Below, piece by piece: positions 1 to 7,325 of a DNA stretch of 20,000 nucleotides. Each line of letters opens with the position of its first letter. Position 1 is the first letter of the stretch. The position numbers and the translations under genes are program-made. The stretch is from Neophaeotheca triangularis. Taxonomy: Eukaryota. The notes beneath the pieces are model-generated. The model did not search any database, was not told the origin of the DNA, and worked only from the letters and a program-made list of their open reading frames with translations. The stretch covers positions 52,580 to 72,579 of the forward strand of contig BAAIJX010000076.1 in NCBI GenBank assembly GCA_054600435.1, given 5' to 3'.

Positions 1-606
1 ATCGGTCCAGTTATTCGCCATGACAGCGGCCCTTCTAATTCCACGGAGGCAAGCAAGACAACGTCAGAGGATTCTGCTGCAAACTCTTCCTCGCCACATG
101 CCCCTATCCCGCTCCCACGCATACTCAACGTAGGCGAAGAGAATACCACGGAAGAGAAGGGTCTCGGAAGGGGCAACTGGGGAGATCGCGGCGAGGTGTT
201 CCCCTGGCTAGAAGCGGAAGAGACGTTCTGCTTGGAGCTCATCGTTGCCCACCCAGCTCTTGTGCGTGGTGGAAAGACTGATAAAGAGTGTCTCTGGAAA
301 GCGGTCAACAAGCGTTTCAGAGATATTCAGTACACCAGCCCCGTCACCGGCGTCACCATTGTCCGCAAAGACAGGACGTACGAAGCGGTCCGTCAGCATT
401 TCGACAGGCTGTTCTTGGAGGGCGCCAATGGCATGTTCACCCGTCTTGAGCGTTACGCCGATGTGGCTGATACTGCAGGTAATACCGGCCTCTCGATCGG
501 TTGGTCTGCAGCGGCGAGGTCGGCAGGGGTCAATGTCAGCTTTGTTCGCAGTAACGGGGACGCCGTTGCTTCTCCGGAGCATGACGAGGCTGATTTCGAA
601 GACTGA
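1..606 (+). CDS. Hypothetical protein, 5'-partial, with a Myb/SANT-like helix-turn-helix motif and acidic C-terminus
   Basis: Frame 1 is open from base 1 to TGA at 604-606, so the GTG at 196 is not the true start. An S/T/P/E-rich low-complexity region is followed by PWLEAEETFCLELI...LWKAVNKRF...DRTYEAVRQHF. This fits the W-x-x-x-E-E / W-x-x-V / R-T-x-x-x-V-R-x-H-F spacing of Myb/SANT-like domains. Ends PEHDEADFED. Confidence 0.65.
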   Translation: MGPVIRHDSGPSNSTEASKTTSEDSAANSSSPHAPIPLPRILNVGEENTTEEKGLGRGNWGDRGEVFPWLEAEETFCLELIVAHPALVRGGKTDKECLWKAVNKRFRDIQYTSPVTGVTIVRKDRTYEAVRQHFDRLFLEGANGMFTRLERYADVADTAGNTGLSIGWSAAARSAGVNVSFVRSNGDAVASPEHDEADFED

Positions 607-2098
607 TATGGATGTACTTGGATAACACAGAGCCTAGGAGTAGTGACTGTCTTTCCGATTCAAGGACAGTGGGGTCCTGCTGAGCTCAAAAATCGAATAT
701 TCAGAGCAGATGCGCAGAAGATCTGCGACGTCAGACATATTAGACTTTGCAAGACACAAAGCTACAGACCCGAGAGCGAATCCATCTCTGTAGAGTGATC
801 CTGCTGTCGCAAAAGGGCCCTGGGATCAATGAAGGAAGGTAAAGGGAAATCACGGAAGCCGGAGATGGATGAAGGAAGAGATGAAGGAAGATGGAACGTT
901 AAGTGGGACATGAAGTTCGTGAAGTCTTAAGGCCAAGCTTTGTGCACGGTCGCGAATGGGACACTAATAGCAACTCTATTCACACTTCAGCTTTACTTCA
1001 ATGCTACCTTGCAGTATTACACTTCTACTATACCTCTTGAATGTGACCAGTCCATGGCTGCTGTGATAATCGTGAATCCACGTTGTGTGCATGTTTTATA
1101 CTTTTTTCTTCTCGTGGCTCCTAACTAGCCCACTAACAAATAGATCGAGCTATACACCCTTTCCGGAGAATGGTCCTTTGTCTAACTTACATTCGGAAAC
1201 GCTAAACATGAGCAAGCGACCAACCAGATGCATGGTCTGTGAGAACGAAGTGTTCGATCATATTTAATACATAGGTCTGGTCTAGCAGATCCCTCGAAGC
1301 ATGTCTCTGCTCACCAATGCGATCCACACACCAAACGGCGTCAATTTACTTCGAATCCGTTACGGGTAGATGTCGATACCAACCTAGGATAGCCATTCAG
1401 GCATCGAAAATGCTGCTACGGGACCTTTGGCGCTCTCTAATGCTTTTCAAAATCATGCACTATATCATTGCATCCACGAAAACACTGCACGTGGTATCTC
1501 AGCTTAAACGTGCGAGAAGGCGTGTCTTGCTTAGTTGGTTAAGATATCGGTAGATATAAAGCGTTCCTCGACCAAGCATTGACCCGTCGAGTCGCTGGAT
1601 AAAGGTTTCTCTCTGGCATACTAGCGCAGAGCTTTGAACGAGCTGTCTAATGTGTGGGAGCCTGTGCCAACGAATCATGGAAACGGAGTAGTCTGACTCG
1701 AACATGGCGATGAATCCAAGTGGTTTTGTTTGGCATCGCGATTGACAGTGAACGCTTCGCTCTCATACTCGATACACGGTCAGAACATGTGGGGCTCTAA
1801 ACCGTCCTTTCTCTTAAGCCGTTAACACAACATGTGACAATCAACTTACGGCTAGCGCCGGTCTCTATCGTGAATGCTGGATCAACTGTTCTTCCGCGTG
1901 AGGGGCGGGAGCGGCCCGCTTTGCTGTGCACGCGCCCTTCTAGAGTCTTCTCCATGACCTTCCCTTCACCCCTTCCGATTCTTTCGAGTTACAACGCTGT
2001 CGCACATCCAGTTCACAAAAGCGGCACTTCGCACGAAGCAGCAACAGAACAACGGAAGACAAACAGAACACTCTACAGGGGTGCTCGGGCCTGCTGAA

Positions 2099-3301
2099 AT
2101 GCCTTCCTCGAACTACTTCGACGGCTTTGTCGAGCAAGAAGAGTCACTGTTCGTCTCTGATGACGAGGACGACAGGTACAGGCCCGCACAGTTGCAAGAG
2201 TGGATCGGAAGCAGAGAAATAGGGCCAAACAGAGGGACGGCGCCAAACAGAGAGGAAGAGAAGGAAAGTTCGCGTGAAGAAACTCCGGCTCCCCAGGCCA
2301 GACCTACGGTCATGGAACCGCACGCAACTCACATCAGCGACGGCGAGGTATTCATACGCAGGGATCAAGTTGCTGGCTTCATGTATCCCAGCGGGACACT
2401 AGTCGCCAACACCGACGCCAGAGCGATGCTCCACCATGTCCGCGGTGGCCCGGAGTTCATTCACAACCACGGCAACCAACAACAACACCACGGAGCGCAA
2501 TCCACTGATCGTCAGACTCTGCCACATTCATCGGCCCCAACCCCCACACCAACTCCGTCACAGGTCATTCTGCAGATGAACGAGCAAGCCTCTCCTCTAA
2601 CGGCGGCGCAATCTTCCCCACAGGCTCCCTCACAGACTTTCCCGCAAGCTCCCTCACAGACTCTACCGCAAGCTCCCTCACAGACTCTCCTGCAAGCTCC
2701 CTCACAGACTCTCCTGCAAGCTCCATCACAGACTCTCCCGCAAGCTACAGCACCCGCTTCGACGCGCGCTCGTGCAGCCAGACCCCGCAGGAACCTCTGG
2801 CGTCCAGAAGAAGACTTCTTCGCCATCATGGCAGCCAAGAGCTTCTCCCAACCTACAGGACCACGCAACATCAAACCTCTCTACGACAGCGTCATACTCG
2901 CCTACCTACCCAACCGTACGCCCCACGCCATCTATCAAGCCGCTTTCGAAAACTACCGTTCCGAGGGAAGGTTGGAGCAGACGGAGAACGGTCTGTGGAT
3001 GATCGAGCGCGCAAAGAACGGCAGTATCTACGGCTTCCAGAAAGTGTTGACGTTCGCGAGGAAGTGGGCGGCTGCGTTGGAGAGACAGGCGTTGCGCGTG
3101 TCCTGGATGAGCGTTGAGCAGATCGTCAAGGCTAGGCTCAAACACGTTACTCCTGATGATCGTGCGTGGGCTGGGGTAGTGGGAAGGACGATGACTGGCG
3201 GAGATGGAATTGTGTTGGTGGAAGAGGAGGAAGAGGAGGAAGAGAATGGGGGTCCTCCTGGGGTTGAAGGCTTGGATTTTGGTGAAATGGAAGAAGAGTA
3301 G
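2099..3301 (+). CDS. Hypothetical ~400-aa protein with a Q/P/S/T low-complexity region, Myb-like motif and poly-Glu tail
   Basis: Long intact ORF; first ATG at 2099 (MPSSNYFDGF), the track's GTG start at 2081 is unlikely. Contains RRNLWRPEEDFFAIMAA...LAYLPNRTPHAIYQ, resembling the Myb W-x-P-E-E-D and L-P-x-R-T signatures. Has an in-frame 24-bp coding repeat and the same C-rich 5' / G-rich 3' skew as the conserved genes in the window. Confidence 0.8.
   Translation: MPSSNYFDGFVEQEESLFVSDDEDDRYRPAQLQEWIGSREIGPNRGTAPNREEEKESSREETPAPQARPTVMEPHATHISDGEVFIRRDQVAGFMYPSGTLVANTDARAMLHHVRGGPEFIHNHGNQQQHHGAQSTDRQTLPHSSAPTPTPTPSQVILQMNEQASPLTAAQSSPQAPSQTFPQAPSQTLPQAPSQTLLQAPSQTLLQAPSQTLPQATAPASTRARAARPRRNLWRPEEDFFAIMAAKSFSQPTGPRNIKPLYDSVILAYLPNRTPHAIYQAAFENYRSEGRLEQTENGLWMIERAKNGSIYGFQKVLTFARKWAAALERQALRVSWMSVEQIVKARLKHVTPDDRAWAGVVGRTMTGGDGIVLVEEEEEEEENGGPPGVEGLDFGEMEEE
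2621..2746 (+). repeat. Coding minisatellite: 5 full copies plus a partial copy of a 24-bp unit encoding QAPSQT(L/F)(P/L)
   Basis: Units start at 2621, 2645, 2669, 2693 and 2717, consensus CAAGCTCCCTCACAGACTCTCC(C/T)G, with a partial CAAGCT at 2741. Units 3 and 4 are identical. Confidence 0.95.
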
Positions 3302-4040
3302 GAAGTGCAAACTTTGGGGTTAACGGTAGGGCTCTCTCGACTCGACACGCGACATCACACTCGAGCGTAACGATCATCATAGCGAAGGACGGGGAGGGGG
3401 GGGAACGTGTGACTGTGTTACCTGTGAATCAGGGGTCAGAAGAGCCTGGACAGACATGAGATTGGGCCTGCACTGGATTGGTACTCGAAAGGAGCGATTG
3501 CGCACGAGGGAAGCAGCAAGCTGGCTGGGAAGAGCAACACGGGCTCAGCGTCCTCAAGTGTTTTTCTTGAGGTACTTCTAGGCGGGCTGCGTATATTTCA
3601 AGACTTGAGTCTTGTGAGCCTCCTAGCTCTCGTCAAAGGGTTGCTCACTATATTGTTTATTCGTCAATAGTCCATAGCAAGCAGTTTACAATAACAGAGA
3701 TAGCTGCACAACTCAGTCCTTTACTTTGATGATTGAAAGCTCCTGGCAGCACAAAGAAGCATCGCACGTTTCTTCCTGATTACAACTTCAAAGCTATAAT
3801 GAGAGCGCTCCCTACCAGCGACAAAGGAAAGGCTAACTGATAGTCTTTCGACTGGTTTTGACAAAGGTGGTAGCAAAGAGATAGGCTTTCATCTACGATC
3901 TACACAAGCCTCGCGCCGCAAGGCTTCCCTGCTGATATTCGAATACCCAATGAGGCCATCCCAAAGCCCAGAAATCCGAAACACGCCCTTTCCACCCTTG
4001 CACTCCAAGACTATCAACTGCCCAGCTCTCACTTTCCCTG

Positions 4041-4804
4041 TTACTGCTCCAGCTCTTGTTTCTGGCCCTGTTCCTGCTCCATATCCTCCAAAACTTCCAA
4101 CGCAGGCAACACCTCCCAATCCATCATGTGCACATGGAACACGGCGTGAAAGAAATCGGCAAGCAAACGAGGCTGCCCGTCAAGGATAACGGCAGCCTCG
4201 ACAACGGCGTTGAAGTTCTCGGCCGTGTCTTCTACGCTCTTGTCCTCCAAGCGTATTATGAGATCGACGAGTTGCGTAACCATGGCGACTTTGTCTGGGA
4301 GGAAAGTGTCGAGATATTCCAGGAGCTCTGCGCGGCGCGTTTCGAAGGCCTTGGGTTGAGGACCTGGGGACAGTCAGTACGTCGTCCTGCCGTTGATCTT
4401 GCCTGAGCTGTCACATACCTTCGTAGTGTATCATCTGCTTAAGCCTTTTGAGTAGTTCAGGGTGTCCAGCAAAGAATGTGTCTTCCGCCTCGAGCACGAG
4501 TTGGTGCGCCTCGGGAATTGGGAGTAGGCCACATCTTTTGTCGAAAAGGAGTTCCGAGATCCGAAAGTAGTTTTCGAAGCCAACGATCTTTCTGACCGTT
4601 GCGAGGTACGCCAATTTTCTCTGCTGGCTGGGGTTGACCATTTCAATGGCGATTTGAAGGGTTTGGAGTGCTTTAGAGTTATACCAGTCAATTACTGTCG
4701 TATAAGTGTCTGGGGCTCTTCTTTCAAGGCCGATTGAACTTATGCTTCCGTTCCTAGGTGTAAGAGCTATAAGGTGGTTCGAATGGAGAGTACTTACGAG
4801 CCAT
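4041..4804 (-). CDS. Three-exon gene for a 193-aa protein with two PAH (paired amphipathic helix, Sin3-type)-like repeats
   Basis: Exons (minus) 4804-4798, 4670-4419 and 4363-4041, total 582 nt. Intron 1 (4797-4671, 127 nt): GTAAGT...ATTGAC...TAAAG. Intron 2 (4418-4364, 55 nt): GTATGT...TACTGAC...CCCCAG. Both splice in frame and join track ORFs 4411..5058 and 4041..4283. Product: MAPLQTLQIAIEMVNPSQQRKLAYLATVRKIVGFENYFRISELL...TFFAGHPELLKRLKQMIHYEGPQPKAFETRRAELLEYLDTFLPDK...VILDGQPRLLADFFHAVF...ELEQ. Exon 1 is less certain than exons 2-3; the PAH call is by eye. Confidence 0.75.
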
Positions 4805-7325
4805 GTTCGAGTTGCAGTGGACGGATGTGGATGATGAAGTACAGTCTTGCTAGCTGCAACCAGTTTGATGAGACAGTATTTGATTGATTTTTTGGTGTTT
4901 CGAAAGGTGTAAATTAAGTTTGCGAAACGATTGCTCGTTGAAGAAGAATATCCGTCCTTGATTGCTTGCAATCTTGCATTCACTTGCAACGCTTGGGCCA
5001 CTTCTTGGCGCAAGGGGCGAAGGGCTGATGCCACACTACTATCTTCGCCAGACCGCACAACAAGGACAGTTCAAAGACACAAAGCAGCACACAAGGTATG
5101 TTGGCGTATTCAGTATTCTCGGACCATCTCGTTGAGGTACTACAGAAACTGCTTCGATCCTTGGCTCTACGCGCAGCGTGTTATCCTAAGAGCTGGATCA
5201 GTGCCCAGGCCTCCAAATCGTCATCAGAGTTGCTTACTTGCTATGCAAATGTAACGCATGTCTATGTATTCTTTGATGAATATGAATAGCGGGTTCTTGA
5301 ACTTTCATTTATATGTTGCTAACAAGCTTGGCGAAATGCTTATAGATATCCTCTCTACTAGTTCTAATATTTTTCAATGGCACTTCATCGTCGCTGGAGG
5401 CCAGCACTAGTGATTACTCGACAGAGTTACGGTGCTCTCCAGCTGTTCAGCCTGTTCTGGAGAACTGGCACTGGTGGTGTCTACGGATTGCTTGTCTGCG
5501 TATTTGGTCTGCACGCCACTTGGCCTAGTAGTAGGCTTGTTAGTATTACTGAAATATAGGTTCAGTAGGGTGACTTTGCAGCAAAGCGTCTGTCAATTAA
5601 CATACAAGTTTTTGCCCCTGCCGCCATTTCTGGACGGAGTTTGCGTTGTGTGCTTCGCAGGCTAGCGATTGGACCCGAGGACTACTTCCTCTCATTCTCC
5701 CAGCAGTACCCGACACGATGCATTACAGTTGAATTGTCTTCACAGGTCCATGGAGTATGTTTCACATCAAGATGAGCAGACGAAACTTGAGCAACGCGTT
5801 CCTTTTGTAGCTCGCTGATTGCCAGCCGTCGAGTTCGTTCGGGTGAGAAAGACTGCACATCTTGACACTCTAGATTCTAGAAATAGTTCACGAGCAGACC
5901 TGTATGCAGGCAATAGGAAGCTTCGCCAGGGCCCAGCGCAGCAAAGTACTATGCACTGCATAGCTTGCAATGTCCTAGTCCATAATCCATTGTCTCGAAC
6001 TTCTGATACGTTACTCAACTAAGCAGCCCCAGGCCAGTGTCAGTCTCAACAGCACCCCGAGTCCTGGCAGACATCCCTCTGATCCATTCGACGTTCAACC
6101 ACAACAACCAAGTTTGCGATACTAACGCCGCAGATCGTGCCAAAGACGCTCAATCTCGCCCCGGTTGTCAAGCTGATACCCTGATCCGTACGAGTAGCCA
6201 ATGCAGCGAACTATCGACACCGGATCTCCGTTCCCTAGCTTGCATCCACATCCAGCAATCCTTGAACCGCCCGTATAGCCAGCTCCTTCCACGACAACAT
6301 GTGCTCACCGAATAGCTCCTCGAAAGTACCATCATCGAGAAGCGGCCGAGCAACAGCTACTACAAGCGACCCAAAAAAATTTCAGCGGACTCGTTGCCCT
6401 CAACTCCCTCACAGCTGGGCCAAAAGGAGCAAGAACCACGATCTTGCCGGCAGCGCCTGTACCATAGCTCGATAATCTGCCAAATGTGTTCGTCTTCTGA
6501 TCTCATTCTCTGCAAGGTCACACGCCCTAGATATGCGAGTGACAGGGGATGCTACTCCATCACTTGTCCGTCTCGCCCCCCCCCTTTTAATTTTAAGTTG
6601 TCTAGTCAGCCCGGAAAGGCCCATGCTTTTTCATTGTCCTGACCCAAAGCATCTCCAAACCCCCGGATTATGACAATAGTCTCAAACGCACTCTATCAGC
6701 CCCCACGCTCCAGGTCCCCAGTACCGAGTCCCTAGATCTCATTGTTCCAGTCCCAAGGGAGGGACGAAGGACGAGAGCTTGGCAACCGGGTGGCTAGGCA
6801 CTGGCACCGTAACAGCCGTGGTAAGCGAGATAGGATGCACAGTGAATCGACAGACCTCCACTAGAAGGCGGCGGAGTTGTACTCGTTAGCCGCGACGCGA
6901 GCTGGACCGCTCCTGGGCTATACTGGCCCCAAAGGCAAGTGGCGATGATTTGGATAAGCCCAAAAACACCTAGGGATGGTTGTTTGGGATCGTGTCTACC
7001 CCTTAGACTACAAAGAGTTGACAGCACGGAGTGAAAATCTATAAAGCTTCAGTCATTGTTAGAATAGACTACCTAAACCTAAGCACGAACTCAAGCGCCC
7101 GAAAAGCAGCAGCAAAACGATTGCAGAGCGCAGGTATCCAAATAGAAAACAACAAAAGGCAAGTCTCAACCCCTGACGCCAATCGTATGCAAGCAAAACG
7201 CAGCAACGCAACAAGGGGACTCGACCGCAGATACCCGGCACGTCCACTCATGCAACACACATTCTTTATCCCAAACGCAACATAACCCCCCTAGGAGTAG
7301 GCCCGAAGTCCGCAGTAACCGTATC

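Noticed and set aside
868..891. GATGAAGGAAGA x2 purine-rich duplication
   Set aside because: Trivial two-copy slippage repeat in intergenic DNA.
1340..1370. TTCGAATCC, a tRNA T-loop-like string (also GGTTCGAAT near 4776)
   Set aside because: Flanks do not pair into a T-stem and no cloverleaf can be built; the second lies in an intron.
940..2097. Short ORFs (60-87 aa) between the two Myb-like genes
   Set aside because: Mostly non-ATG starts, no motifs or coding-like composition, and no consistent splice model.
2621..2746. Regular repeat considered as a CRISPR array
   Set aside because: No spacers, in-frame coding tandem repeat, eukaryotic context.
4805..5058. N-terminal part of track ORF 4411..5058
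   Set aside because: It starts at GTG and reads like 5' UTR (A/C-rich). An ATG at 4804 with a perfect GTAAGT donor gives a better in-frame gene model.
5280..5600. TpA-rich stretch as a possible RIP-degraded transposon (similar at ~950-1150)
   Set aside because: The enrichment is mild, with no terminal repeats, target-site duplication or transposase/RT remnants. It is compatible with ordinary promoter or intergenic DNA; RIP indices would need computing.
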